32,000 nt of DNA from Pirellula staleyi DSM 6068 (GTDB taxonomy: Bacteria; Planctomycetota; Planctomycetia; Pirellulales; Pirellulaceae), in NCBI GenBank assembly GCA_000025185.1, contig CP001848.1, forward strand, positions 5,760,001-5,792,000, read 5' to 3'. The stretch's first letter is position 1. Each line of letters opens with the position of its first letter. The notes below the pieces were generated by a model. The model saw only the letters and a list, made by a program, of their open reading frames with translations, had not been told where the DNA came from and did no database searches. Position numbers and translations under genes: made by a program. Of the stretch, positions 1 to 9,909 are shown piece after piece.

Positions 1-327
1 CTTGTGGCAGCGTGCGAAGTCGATGCTTCGCGAGTCCTCAAGACGTACGACGAGCCGGTGCACTGCTAGCGAGTTTGCACCCAACAGCGGTCGAGCGAAC
101 TTCCGAGGTGAAACGTGGGTCGATCCATAAGGAGAGCCTGCCGCAGCGACACGGATGGTCGACTGGCGGGCAAAATGGGTGAAATAGGCCGGGAAATCGT
201 AGGTAGGGAGTCCCGAGAATTCAAGCCATCCGGCTAACTTCTTCGGCCCGGCGGAGTCCCGAAGTTGAGAGGAACTCCGCAAGGTAGCAAGGACGCTTGC
301 TAGCAGAAGTCGACTAGCAGCCAGCGT

Positions 328-1038
328 TTAACGAGCTGCTTCGAGGCAGCCCTGCAGTGTGACGGTCCCTTCGTAGAGTGCTCGACCGACAATCGTGCCA
401 TCGAGCCCGGCGGCTGCTAGCTGACGGATATCGTCGACGGTGGTCACTCCGCCCGATGCAATCACGGGGGTGGTGATCGCCCGTTTCATATCGGTCATGG
501 CGGGGAGATTCACACCTTGCAGCATGCCATCGCGCGCGATGTCGGTATAGATCACCGCCGCGATCGGTTCCGCCTGAAAATCACGCGCAAGATCGATCGC
601 GGAGACACCACTAGTTTCGAGCCAACCATCGGTTGCCACCAGTCCATTGCGGGCGTCGATACCAGCGGCCAGTTGGTGCGGATATTTGCGGCACATCTCG
701 CGGAACCAGGCAGGATCTTTGATCGCCTTGGTTCCCACGATCAAGCGATAGACGCCGATGGCGAGCATGCGTTCGATGGAGTGCTCGTCGCGAATACCAC
801 CACCCAATTGGCAAGGGACCTTCGTGGCTTCGACAATCGACTTCACCGCTGCGAGATTCGCGTTGCTGCCATCACGCGCACCATCGAGATCGACCAGATG
901 CAAACAGGTGGCCCCTTCAGAAACCCACTTCTGGGCCATTTCGACAGGCTCGCCATAAATGGTCTCTTGCTGATAGTCGCCTTGGCGCAGTCGCACGCAC
1001 TTACCACCACGCAAATCAATCGCAGGCCAGATTTCCAT
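328..1038 (-). CDS. hisA: HisA, 1-(5-phosphoribosyl)-5-[(5-phosphoribosylamino)methylideneamino]imidazole-4-carboxamide isomerase
   Basis: 236-aa ORF. The N-terminus MEIWPAIDLRGGKCVRLRQGDY, the DLDGA motif and the C-terminal ASGGV...GxIVGRALY are the classic HisA/HisF barrel signatures. It sits directly downstream of hisH on the same strand. The ATG at 1036-1038 was checked in the sequence. Confidence 0.9.
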   Translation of the reverse strand: MEIWPAIDLRGGKCVRLRQGDYQQETIYGEPVEMAQKWVSEGATCLHLVDLDGARDGSNANLAAVKSIVEATKVPCQLGGGIRDEHSIERMLAIGVYRLIVGTKAIKDPAWFREMCRKYPHQLAAGIDARNGLVATDGWLETSGVSAIDLARDFQAEPIAAVIYTDIARDGMLQGVNLPAMTDMKRAITTPVIASGGVTTVDDIRQLAAAGLDGTIVGRALYEGTVTLQGCLEAAR

Positions 1039-1134
1039 AGCAAATCAAAGTCTTCAGTGTGTCGAGCTGGTAAGTAAAGAGGTTAATCGATCTCGGCGCG
1101 AGGATCGCTTAACACGAACGATGCGAAGCGTGCG

Positions 1135-1767
1135 CTAGGCTGAGCCTTGCAGCACTGGAATCTCGGCGAAATTCTGAAGCAACTTCAGCCCCGTTGCCTG
1201 ACTCTTTTCGGGGTGGAACTGCGTCGCGAAGAGTTGCCCCTTGGCGATCATGGCGCAGAACGGATGCCCATAGTCAGCCTGGACCGCGATGACATTAGCA
1301 TCGGTCGGCACAACGTAGTAGGAGTGGACGTAGTAGAAGTAGCTGTTGTCGGCGATGTCGCTCAGCAGCGCGTTGGGGCGAACAATATGCGATCGATTCC
1401 ATCCCATGTGCGGCACTTTGAACTCGGCTGGCAAATGGAACCGGACACATTTGCCAGCGAGAATGCCGAGCCCTTCGAACTCCCCACCTTCGTAGCCCAC
1501 GTCGAACAGCATTTGCAATCCCAGGCAGATGCCGAGCATCGGAGTGCCACGAGCCACGATATCGCGAATGACCGAAACAAGATCGCGGCGGCGAAGTTCG
1601 GTAATCGCATCGCCAAATGCACCGACGCCCGGAAGCACCACGCGCGAAGCTTGTGCGATCTCAGCGGGATCGCTCGTCACCACCGCATGATGGCCGACGC
1701 GCTCGAACCCCTTTTGCACGCTGCGGAGGTTTCCCATCTGGTAGTCGATGATTGCGATTTCGGCCAT
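1135..1767 (-). CDS. hisH: HisH, imidazole glycerol phosphate synthase glutamine amidotransferase subunit
   Basis: 210-aa ORF. IAIIDYQMGNLRSV, LPGVGAFG, GICLGLQML (nucleophile Cys elbow) and HSYY...QFHPEKS are the class-I GATase/HisH motifs. It is adjacent to hisA. Confidence 0.9.
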   Translation of the reverse strand: MAEIAIIDYQMGNLRSVQKGFERVGHHAVVTSDPAEIAQASRVVLPGVGAFGDAITELRRRDLVSVIRDIVARGTPMLGICLGLQMLFDVGYEGGEFEGLGILAGKCVRFHLPAEFKVPHMGWNRSHIVRPNALLSDIADNSYFYYVHSYYVVPTDANVIAVQADYGHPFCAMIAKGQLFATQFHPEKSQATGLKLLQNFAEIPVLQGSA

Positions 1768-1864
1768 GGAGCAGTCTTTGCGGGTGGAGCGGCTGTCGAG
1801 ATGGTCGTCAGCTGTGTGTCGTTGAGCGGAAGTTCAAGCTGATGATTATAACTAGAAACTCCTG

Positions 1865-1921
1865 CGGCGTGAGGCGTCGAAATCACGCCGTTTTAGCAGC
1901 CCCGGGCGTTTTGGCCGGGGC
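1865..1921. terminator. Two adjacent GC-rich hairpins between the esterase stop and the hisH start
   Basis: Seen in sequence: cggcgtga (1865-1872) pairs with tcacgccg (1883-1890) and is followed by tttt. gccccgg (1899-1905) pairs with ccggggc (1915-1921). The position fits transcript insulation between two co-directional minus-strand genes. The U-tract is on the plus strand, so the function is uncertain. Confidence 0.3.
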
Positions 1922-1994
1922 CATGGACTGGACAATCAGAGCCGCTGAAAGTTCGCGCGAAAGGCAGCTTACTTTAGCGAGGAAGTGAGCCGCA

Positions 1995-2966
1995 CTATTT
2001 GCTTGCGGGCTTCAGTAGCTTGAGCATCGCATGCCCCATCCCATCGCCAATCAGGTAGTAGGTCTCGGCGTTGCTGTTCCAGTGATACCCCTGCCCCGAT
2101 GGCGACTCTTCTTTGGGTCGATAGAAGTCGCGTGTGCCAACAAAAGCGACGTTGCCTCGAAACTCCTCATACTCGGCAACAGCGGCTTGAGCTTTCATGA
2201 GCGAGAGCGCACGAGGATGCGTTTCGGTGGGGCCAGTCATGCCAGTCTCGGCGACCACAAATTTCATGTTCGGCGCGCTGAGGTCTTTGCGAAGATCGCG
2301 GACCAGGTTGGCAAGGTTCTTTTCATACTCGTCGTTGAAAGCCTGATTGATGCGATCGTTCCACCCTTGATGCCAGCCGAAACCAACGAGCTCTGCTTGA
2401 TGTGAGGCATATTCGGGAAACAGCTTGGGAAGATCTTTCAGCACCGTTTTGGTTTGAGTGATGATCTCTTGGTAGTAAGGACCGACAGTTCCACCCGAGG
2501 ATGGCGGCCGAAAGTCTTGTCCCAAACTCTTGCCACCCCAGGCCAACTTCACAAGCAAGACGGGCTCGTCGATGGCATTGCCGACGACATGTCCAAAGCC
2601 GAGTTCAGGTCCCATCATTTCTTCCGAGGCACCATAACCAGCTGTGAGTTTTCCTTGGCGACCGAGATACCAAATTTGGACATCATCGCGCGAGACCCAG
2701 TCGCCTGAGTCGGTCACCAAATGCTTGAAATCTGCCTTTTTAGGAGACTCTTTCACCAGCCACTCGAGCGAACCTTGGCCGCCGTTGGCCTTCGGATCGG
2801 CTTTCACCTTTCCATGTCCCTGCATGTTCGATTGGCCGGCGAGCACAAAGACTTTGAGTGTCTCGGCGGCAGTAAGTGAGTCGGCTGAGAGCCCCGCAAT
2901 TAGCAGCGCGGCGATCAACAACTTCGATCCCCAATTCAACGAGGTGCATGTCATCGAAAGAACCAT
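1995..2966 (-). CDS. Exported carbohydrate esterase, sialate O-acetylesterase-like (SASA/DUF303, SGNH-type)
   Basis: The motifs VFVLAGQSNMQGHG and GFGWHQGWND match the SASA family (GQSNM...WxQGE). There is a hydrophobic signal-like segment, KLLIAALLIAGLSADS. The ORF track starts at a TTG at 3044; I prefer the ATG at 2966 (or 2954), just upstream of the signal peptide. The exact start is uncertain. Confidence 0.7.
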   Translation of the reverse strand: MVLSMTCTSLNWGSKLLIAALLIAGLSADSLTAAETLKVFVLAGQSNMQGHGKVKADPKANGGQGSLEWLVKESPKKADFKHLVTDSGDWVSRDDVQIWYLGRQGKLTAGYGASEEMMGPELGFGHVVGNAIDEPVLLVKLAWGGKSLGQDFRPPSSGGTVGPYYQEIITQTKTVLKDLPKLFPEYASHQAELVGFGWHQGWNDRINQAFNDEYEKNLANLVRDLRKDLSAPNMKFVVAETGMTGPTETHPRALSLMKAQAAVAEYEEFRGNVAFVGTRDFYRPKEESPSGQGYHWNSNAETYYLIGDGMGHAMLKLLKPASK

Positions 2967-3299
2967 CCAGGAGAGTGAGGTGGGAGAGGCGGAAGGAACA
3001 TAGCGAAGGTTGAATATAGCGGGCTGTACAGTTCCTCCAAACAAAGTTTTTTCTTGAATCTGGAATCGGCGAAATCGATTTGCTAGGTTTCATCCGTCGC
3101 TCTACCGACCAGCCACACCGGGGATAAATACCACCCTGACATTTGTGGGCATCGCTTTGGCTTATCGACCTGCTTCTGCTGCGTTTGGTGTGGTCGGTCA
3201 GAAGTACTTGCGTGAACCGGCGACGTGTGTGGTTTGTCGCTCCTTGGGGGCGCTGCTGCGACTCTACAACCTGGATGAACTTGAGCGAATGGGCTCCGC

Positions 3300-6200
3300 A
3301 TGAGCATTTCTGAATCGATACTGGATGAAAAGCTTCTCGAGCTCAACCGCTTGATGGATCGTGGTCTGTACTTGCAGATGTACGCCCACACGCGCGAACT
3401 TGGTCCGCTGCAAACGTGGACCGGCCCACGTGCTGGCGTCTTAGCCTCGCGACTTGCCAATCATCTGGGAGCCCATTCTCTTTCGCGCTGGATCATCCGG
3501 CGTTTGCTACGGGAATTCCCGAGCGATTCGGAAGTCCGTTACTACTCGACCTATCTTGAAATTGGTCGATTGGGTCCCTATCGCACCTGGCGAAATCTGC
3601 AAGCAAACCTCGAACTGGAGAGCGATGCCAGTGACGAAACGCGTTCGAGTTGGTATGCCCTGATTGGTCAGGTAGCTGCCACCTTCCGCGACTTCGAGAC
3701 GTCAGAAAAGTGGCTGCGCCGCGCGAGCGACGTCGCGCCAGAGAATCCTTGGATCTCCGTTTGCTGGTCTTATGTACTAGAGATGCAAGATCGCTACGAC
3801 GAAGCACTCGCGCAAGCGCAGCGCAGTCTCGAGATCCGTCCGATGTATCGCGCGGGAGTGCAAGCGGCCGGGCATTTGCTTTCTCTGGCGAATCGCGACA
3901 CCGAGGCGATCGAACTCTACGACGCAGCGCTCGAAGTGATCGAAAGTTCGGCTGTCGCCGCGCATCTGTTTGCGATTCATCTCGAACTCCGCGATTGGTC
4001 GCGGGCCAAGCAGGCGCTCGATCGATTCGAACAGTTCTGTCCCTTAGCGCAGCGCAGTACGCGGCGCTGGATCGCTGCCAATCGCAGTGAAATCGCCTAT
4101 CAAATGGGAGACATCGAAACCGCCATCGCCGAAGCGGAACTAGCACGCACACCTTATTTGAAGCAAATTGTCGAGAACCTACGCGCGACCGAGTCGAGTG
4201 GCGGGAGCAAAGTGTTTCTCGATGTCCCCTTCGTGCGGCAACATCATGTCACGTGCGCGCCGGCAACTCTCGCTGCTATCAGCCGCTATTGGTCGAAGCC
4301 AGCCGAGCACGTGCAAGTGGCTAGCGAGATTTGCTACAACGGCACCACGACCCATGCCGAGCGGACTTGGGCCGAGGCGAGTGGCTGGGTCGTGAAAGAA
4401 TTCTCGGTCACGGCCGAGAGTGCCCAGCAGTTGCTCGACCGAGGGATTCCGTTCACGCTGGTGACGATTGAGCCAGGAAATGCTCACTTGCAGGCGATCA
4501 TTGGCTACGATCAGCGGCGCAAAACGCTGACGATTCGCGACCCGTATTATCGCAACTTGGGAGAGACGCTGTGCGAGAAGTTTCTCGATCGCTATCGCGC
4601 GTTTGGTCCGCGCGGCATGGCACTCGTACCGCAAGAAATGGCCGAGAAAATCAGCGATTTAACGCTCCCCGACGAAGCGCTCTGGAACGGTCTGTTTGAA
4701 CTCGACGGCGCGCTCATCAAGCACGATCGTGCGCAGGCCGAGGTGGTGTATCAAGCGATGTGCACAAGCGCGCCGGATGATCGCCTGACACTCGAAGCGC
4801 GGCGGCGTCTTGCCATTTACGATGCAAACCCAGCCGAGCAACTGGCGGCTGTCGAGAAAGTGTTCGAACAGTTCCCCACCAGCGAACGGATCGCCTGGGA
4901 GCGACTCGCGCTTTTGCGCTATCAAACTTCCCGCGAGCAGCGCTTGCAGCAGCTCGAGGCGATGGCCCAGCGTGAAGATGCCAGCCCCATCTTCTCGCGC
5001 ATGCTTGCCGATGAACTGCTGCAAGATGCTCGTCGTCATGCCGACGCCACGACGCTGCTGCGAAAGTCGATACGACGCTGGCCCACCGATCCTTCGAGCT
5101 ATCACTCGCTCGGCAACTTACTGTGGGACGCTCGTAAGAATGAAGAAGCGCTCGAGCTCTTTCGATTTGCCTCGTGCCTCGGAGACAAGGACGAGCACTT
5201 CGCAAGGTCCTACTTCCAAGCCTCCACTTGGATGCGACGAACCGACGAGCTCGTCACGCTGCTGCGCGATCGCGTAGAGCGTTATGGCCGCAAGTCGACC
5301 GATCCAGCGAAGACCTTGGCGTCGGCCTTGTTTCAGCTGAATCGGCATGCCGAGGGGCTCACCGTGCTCGAGCAAGCTATCGAAAAACACCCCGCTGATG
5401 GTGCGCTTCGTTTGTACGCGGCCAACGCCCACCTGACTGCCAGTAACGATTTTTTACCTCGCGCCATTGCGCTTGTTGAAGAAGCGAAAGCAATCTCGCC
5501 GCGCGACGAGTTCTTGCGCAGTTCGGCCATGCTCGCCAGTGCTACCGGCGATTCGCAGCGCGCCCTCGCTCTGTGGCAAGAGCTGGCTGTCATGCAACCT
5601 TACTCGATCGATGCGCATCACGCCGTCGCGCGTCTGCTGGCCATCATCGAGGGCCCCACCGCGCCCCTGGTGTACCTCGAGCAGATTTGCGCAAAGCTCC
5701 CGCACTACTATCCGGTTCACGAACTCCGGATTCAGTGGCTGCGTGATGAACCTTCCGAAGTACGCGAGCCAGTCCTTGCCCATGTACTCACCATCTCGCC
5801 CGACGATGCCTGGGTCCGCCGCGAAATGGCTGCCGTTTTGGGTAGTCTCAAGCGATTCGAGGAAGCGCATGCGCAGCTCGATATCGCCGAGAAAATCGAG
5901 CCGTTCAGCCCCTCGTACTGGATGGTTCGGGGGATTTTGCTCCGTACGGAAGGACGCCTCGACGAAGCCAAAACTGCCTTTCGACGTTCGATTGAACTGG
6001 CGGTCGACTCCGACTTTGCCATCGAATCGCTGATGGGGATGTGCACGACACTGGCCGAGCGCCGCGAAGTGCTGCGATTCGTGCGCGAGCAACTCGTGAG
6101 TCAGGTGACGCAGGGAGTGGGGCTCTCGGCGTTTGCCCATGCTGCGCAAGGAATTTTGGAGCCTGAGGAGTTGCTCGCCGAACTTCAGGCGGCACGTGTC

Positions 6201-8984
6201 GCGCGACCCGACCTCGCCGAAGCATGGTCGAGCGTCACCGAGCAACTCGCGCAGCTCGAGCGTTTCGACGACGCACTCGCCAATGCCCAGCAAGCCTGCG
6301 AACGCTTTCCACTTTCGATTCTTCTGTGGACTGATCTCGCGCGCGTCCATCGCCTGCGACTCGACTTCGATTCCGAGTCCGAAGCACTTGCCAACGCGCT
6401 GCGACTCGATCCCGGTCATAGCACAGCGCTCGAAATGATGTGCGAAGCACTTGCGCGGAAACGCGATTTGCAAGCGGCCTGCGATTTAGCCAAGCGAGCG
6501 ACAGCCCACGCCTCGCTCGACTATCTGAATCACACGATTCTGGCCGAGCAGTGGTGGCAACTTAAAGAACACGACCGGGCAATCGAAGCGCTCCGTCAAG
6601 CGATTCGCATCGAACCGGGAGCCGATCGCGCGTGGGGCAATTTACAGCAGTGGGCCAAGGATCTTGGCCAGCCCGAGATTGCCATCGACATTGCCCGCAC
6701 ACTCACGCAGTCGCGGCCCGGCGAAGCCCGCTCGTGGCATGTGCTGGCGCGCATCCTCGATGGTCCCCAGCACTCCGACGAAAGTCTCGCCGCTATCGAG
6801 CGAGCCATCGAACTCAATCCACTCGGCATCGATCTACACGATCTGCACGCCGACATTCTCGCCGAGCAAGGTCGGCTACGCGAAGCGAGCCTCGCCTGTC
6901 AGCCAGCCGTGTTTGGCGACCTTCAACCTTCGAAGCTGGCGATTCGCCAATCGATCATCGATGCCACGCGAGGCGATTTGCTCGCCGCTATTGCGCGCGT
7001 CCGGACCGTGCTCGTCGAAGAGCCGCACAACTATCGCGCGTGGATGCTGCTAGGGGACTGGACGAAAGCGATCAACGATTTTGATGGCTTCCTCGAAGTC
7101 GCCGAGAATCTCGCGCGACTGAGTCCCAACTACGAGTATTCGCTCTACACGCTCGGCGATGCGCGCCTGCTGAAAGGTGATCGCCAAGGAGCCAAAGAAG
7201 CTTTCGCGCGAGCCTTTGAACTTGTTCCCTATCACGAGCATTTGGGGAACAACCTGTTCGATCTGCACTTCGAGGATGACGAGTTTGAAACAGCAGCTGC
7301 AGTGATTGCGGTGCTGCGCGAGCATTCCAGCTCGTGCTTTGTCGTCACGCGCGAACTGCAAGTCGCTTTCCAGCAAGACCGTAGCGACCGCGCTCGAGAA
7401 TTACTCGCAGAACTTTGCACCGCTAAGTACGAGAGTGATTGGCCGATCACGACTGCCGGACAGTTGTTTATTGAAGCGGGGATGATCGACGACGCCATTG
7501 GTGTGCTCCGCCAAGCGATCGAACTTCCGAGCGCCCATGCCCAGGTTGCGGCGTGGTGGGCACGGCTTGAGTTCTGGAAAGCGAATCTCGACCACTGGAC
7601 TCCCGTGCAATCGCGACTCGAAGTGCTCGACCGCATTCCTTCGACCAAAGAGTTCCTGCAAGCTTGGTACGAAGCGGCGGCTGAACTCGAGTGGCGTGGC
7701 GATATCGAAGGCTTCTCGCGCGCCGCTGAAGTGCTCGAAACACTCGACAGCGACAACGCTCTGGCACGCTACTTCAGTGGTTCTGCCGCTGCGTTTCGCG
7801 AAGAAAATGACCGCGCTATCGAGGCTTTGCGCCTCGCCCTGGCGATCGATCCGAAGCATGCTCCTTCGAAGAGCAAACTGCTCGACATTTATCTGGCTCA
7901 GGGAGACACCGCGCAAGCCAAAGAGTTGCTCGACAGCTTCGATGGCGAAAATCCCTCGGCCGATATCGTAGCTCGTAAAGTAGAGTGGTCCGCGCTCTCC
8001 GGTGATAGCGCAGCCGCGCAGGAGTTGCTGCAAAGCATCTGCCAATTGCACTCCGACAATCAGCATGCGACAGGACATGCCATCCGCGCGCTTGAACGCA
8101 ACAAGATGAGCACGATCGCGGAAACCGTGCTGCTGGAAATGCTCGATTCACCGCGCGTCGAGCAGTTTCACGTCGATGAATTCTCGAGGCTGGTGCTTGC
8201 GCGCGATTCCAGCGCCCTCTTGCCGATCCTCGAGACACGCCTTGCACAACCGGTAGTCGGAGACCGCATGCTTCGTCACTGGATCGTTGAACTTATCTGT
8301 ACCGGCCGAGGGGCCGAGCTTCGCGATTTCGCCCACCGCTACCACTCTACCATCGTCAGTAACTACCGTCTTTGGGCGCGTGTTTGCTGGGGATCACTTG
8401 AAGATCGAAATTTTGACTTTACCGCTGAAGTGGCACTCGATTGGCGGAATTATCCGCAAGCAGAAGCATGGATGCTACTTCCTGCGGCGGAAGTGCTTCG
8501 CCATCTTGGCAGGCACAGCGAGGCCATGCAGGTACACGAAACTGCCATGAGACTCGGCAGTTCGAATGGCAGGAACGCGCACCACGTTTGGGTCGGCATC
8601 GACGACGCCATCAACGGGCGTTATGCCGAGGCGAAACAGCATGCGCTGCACCTCCATCCCAACGATGGACTCGACCACTCCGAGCGTTTCATCAAAACAC
8701 TCTTGCTCTCGATCCTCGAAATGGCAGATGCGCCACCTGACAAACGGATCCAGGTTTTCCGTGAGGTGGAGCAGCGGATTCAGCGAGACATTCTCGATTG
8801 CTCCTATACGACAACGCACTACCTGCATGAAAACGAGCGCAAAAGACTCTTCGAGGCTGCCACGCGACGCATCGCTCAACTGGCAGGAAACCACAATTCC
8901 GTCGGCTGGCGCATCAGCCTGTTTGTGAATCGGATCCTGCGGTTCATCAGCCGACTCTTGAAGAAGGGATATGCTCGCTTTTAA
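3300..8984 (+). CDS. Giant TPR-repeat protein (1,894 aa) with an embedded C39-like (papain-fold) cysteine peptidase domain
   Basis: One uninterrupted 5.7-kb ORF. It is helical and repeat-rich along its whole length, with recurrent TPR-like strings such as A..Y..AL...P....A...LA. Residues ~304-445 (nt ~4209-4634) read VPFVRQHHVTCAPATLAAISRYW ... GNAHLQAIIGYDQRRKTLTIRDPYY. This gives the Q-C-H-(x17)-DP order typical of C39-type peptidases: Q314, C319 (tgc at 4254-4256), H396, D414. Confidence 0.8.
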   Translation: MSISESILDEKLLELNRLMDRGLYLQMYAHTRELGPLQTWTGPRAGVLASRLANHLGAHSLSRWIIRRLLREFPSDSEVRYYSTYLEIGRLGPYRTWRNLQANLELESDASDETRSSWYALIGQVAATFRDFETSEKWLRRASDVAPENPWISVCWSYVLEMQDRYDEALAQAQRSLEIRPMYRAGVQAAGHLLSLANRDTEAIELYDAALEVIESSAVAAHLFAIHLELRDWSRAKQALDRFEQFCPLAQRSTRRWIAANRSEIAYQMGDIETAIAEAELARTPYLKQIVENLRATESSGGSKVFLDVPFVRQHHVTCAPATLAAISRYWSKPAEHVQVASEICYNGTTTHAERTWAEASGWVVKEFSVTAESAQQLLDRGIPFTLVTIEPGNAHLQAIIGYDQRRKTLTIRDPYYRNLGETLCEKFLDRYRAFGPRGMALVPQEMAEKISDLTLPDEALWNGLFELDGALIKHDRAQAEVVYQAMCTSAPDDRLTLEARRRLAIYDANPAEQLAAVEKVFEQFPTSERIAWERLALLRYQTSREQRLQQLEAMAQREDASPIFSRMLADELLQDARRHADATTLLRKSIRRWPTDPSSYHSLGNLLWDARKNEEALELFRFASCLGDKDEHFARSYFQASTWMRRTDELVTLLRDRVERYGRKSTDPAKTLASALFQLNRHAEGLTVLEQAIEKHPADGALRLYAANAHLTASNDFLPRAIALVEEAKAISPRDEFLRSSAMLASATGDSQRALALWQELAVMQPYSIDAHHAVARLLAIIEGPTAPLVYLEQICAKLPHYYPVHELRIQWLRDEPSEVREPVLAHVLTISPDDAWVRREMAAVLGSLKRFEEAHAQLDIAEKIEPFSPSYWMVRGILLRTEGRLDEAKTAFRRSIELAVDSDFAIESLMGMCTTLAERREVLRFVREQLVSQVTQGVGLSAFAHAAQGILEPEELLAELQAARVARPDLAEAWSSVTEQLAQLERFDDALANAQQACERFPLSILLWTDLARVHRLRLDFDSESEALANALRLDPGHSTALEMMCEALARKRDLQAACDLAKRATAHASLDYLNHTILAEQWWQLKEHDRAIEALRQAIRIEPGADRAWGNLQQWAKDLGQPEIAIDIARTLTQSRPGEARSWHVLARILDGPQHSDESLAAIERAIELNPLGIDLHDLHADILAEQGRLREASLACQPAVFGDLQPSKLAIRQSIIDATRGDLLAAIARVRTVLVEEPHNYRAWMLLGDWTKAINDFDGFLEVAENLARLSPNYEYSLYTLGDARLLKGDRQGAKEAFARAFELVPYHEHLGNNLFDLHFEDDEFETAAAVIAVLREHSSSCFVVTRELQVAFQQDRSDRARELLAELCTAKYESDWPITTAGQLFIEAGMIDDAIGVLRQAIELPSAHAQVAAWWARLEFWKANLDHWTPVQSRLEVLDRIPSTKEFLQAWYEAAAELEWRGDIEGFSRAAEVLETLDSDNALARYFSGSAAAFREENDRAIEALRLALAIDPKHAPSKSKLLDIYLAQGDTAQAKELLDSFDGENPSADIVARKVEWSALSGDSAAAQELLQSICQLHSDNQHATGHAIRALERNKMSTIAETVLLEMLDSPRVEQFHVDEFSRLVLARDSSALLPILETRLAQPVVGDRMLRHWIVELICTGRGAELRDFAHRYHSTIVSNYRLWARVCWGSLEDRNFDFTAEVALDWRNYPQAEAWMLLPAAEVLRHLGRHSEAMQVHETAMRLGSSNGRNAHHVWVGIDDAINGRYAEAKQHALHLHPNDGLDHSERFIKTLLLSILEMADAPPDKRIQVFREVEQRIQRDILDCSYTTTHYLHENERKRLFEAATRRIAQLAGNHNSVGWRISLFVNRILRFISRLLKKGYARF

Positions 8985-9018
8985 TTCCTGTTGAGCCTGC
9001 CCCGATTGAGCGCCAAAG

Positions 9019-9040
9019 CTGCGCGACAGCCATCGCGCAG
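9019..9040 (+). terminator. Candidate hairpin terminator after the TPR gene
   Basis: ctgcgcga (9019-9026) pairs with tcgcgcag (9033-9040), with a 6-nt loop, 35 nt after the stop codon. It is followed by ggccgtttcc, which is only a weak U-tract. Confidence 0.3.
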
Positions 9041-9158
9041 GGCCGTTTCCTTCCGCCGCTGCAGCACCGAGCAGCACCACTTTGGTATCTTTCTTCGAGA
9101 GACATGGAAGATCTCGCGCAACTCGGAATCTGTGCAGCTCCCAATTTTCGGATCAGGA

Positions 9159-9851
9159 ATGAGCAACAACACCTTCACCCCCGGACCGACATCCCACACG
9201 GTCCGCGCCGCCGATGGCCGATTGCTGACCGTTCCCAGCGGATGGGTGCTTCTGCCGCCCGGCGACGCTGCTTTAACTCGCCGTGTGAAAGCGGCCGGAG
9301 ATCACTGGGTGGTTGCCGAGAAAAAAGGACGCAAGGTTTTCTCGCGCGGCATTTGGACAGCCGCCACCACCATCGAAAGCATTCGCGCCGCACTTGAGGC
9401 CGAGCGATCCACGGAAGGATTCGCCAAGAGGAAAGAAGCTGATGCACGCCGCCGCGAGAAGGCTCAGGCGGAATACGTGGAAGATTTTTTCAGCGCGGTG
9501 GTAACGTTCTTGGCCTTTCACCCCAGCCACGCCGAACTTGCGCAGCGGCTGGCTTCCGCGGTCACCCAGCACGCCACCCCGGTCGGCTCGGGAACAGTCG
9601 CCAGAACCAAACGAATTCCGGTCGAACAGCGAGCCGAGGCTGCGGTTATTGCCTGGATGCGTCACCAAACGACTGGCTACGACTCGCTGGTGATCCCGCG
9701 CGAGAAAGGAAAGCGGCGGGAGGTGCGGCGCATGTTGGCCCAGCGTTCTAAGGAGTTGCTGGCTCAATATCGGCAGGCTGAAGTGGCTGGAAAGCATTGC
9801 CCACTCCAGCGCGCTTTACTGGGTAGCGCGACGGCACTCTCCGAGTTGTAA
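9159..9851 (+). CDS. DUF2293 domain protein
   Basis: The C-terminal string AEAAVIAWMRHQTTGYDSLVIP...REVRRMLAQRSKELLAQY matches the DUF2293 pattern (A..A.iRH..T.YD.LL). I chose the ATG at 9159, preceded by agga, rather than the track start at 8991. The first 56 codons of the track ORF overlap the TPR terminator region and look non-coding. Confidence 0.7.
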   Translation: MSNNTFTPGPTSHTVRAADGRLLTVPSGWVLLPPGDAALTRRVKAAGDHWVVAEKKGRKVFSRGIWTAATTIESIRAALEAERSTEGFAKRKEADARRREKAQAEYVEDFFSAVVTFLAFHPSHAELAQRLASAVTQHATPVGSGTVARTKRIPVEQRAEAAVIAWMRHQTTGYDSLVIPREKGKRREVRRMLAQRSKELLAQYRQAEVAGKHCPLQRALLGSATALSEL

Positions 9852-9864
9852 CAGATGATGCAGA

Positions 9865-9905
9865 AAATCTGAGGAGCTTCATTGTGGAACGTAAATCTGA
9901 GGAGC
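9865..9905 (+). repeat. 13-nt direct repeat aaatctgaggagc x2, containing the hydrolase RBS
   Basis: Exact copies at 9865-9877 and 9893-9905. The second copy supplies the gaggag Shine-Dalgarno sequence 5 nt upstream of the ATG at 9910. Confidence 0.6.
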
Positions 9906-9909
9906 AGCG

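Noticed and set aside
1-69. Possible 3' end of a plus-strand gene (frame 1 open to the TAG at 67-69)
   Set aside because: Only 22 codons are visible. A minus-strand GTG-initiated reading is equally open, and no motif is present. It cannot be supported from this window.
517-1842. Plus-strand ORFs 517-1077 and 1147-1842
   Set aside because: They are antisense shadows of hisA and hisH.
5454-6473. 339-aa minus-strand ORF, and many other 60-230-aa ORFs inside 3300-8984
   Set aside because: All are nested in or antisense to the single uninterrupted 5.7-kb TPR ORF. They are Arg/Ser/Pro-rich frame-shadow products.
8991-9158. N-terminal 56 codons of the track ORF 8991-9851
   Set aside because: They overlap the TPR gene's stop and terminator region, are Arg/Ser-rich and lack an RBS. 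The ATG at 9159 with an agga upstream aligns with the N-terminus of the pseudogene paralog.
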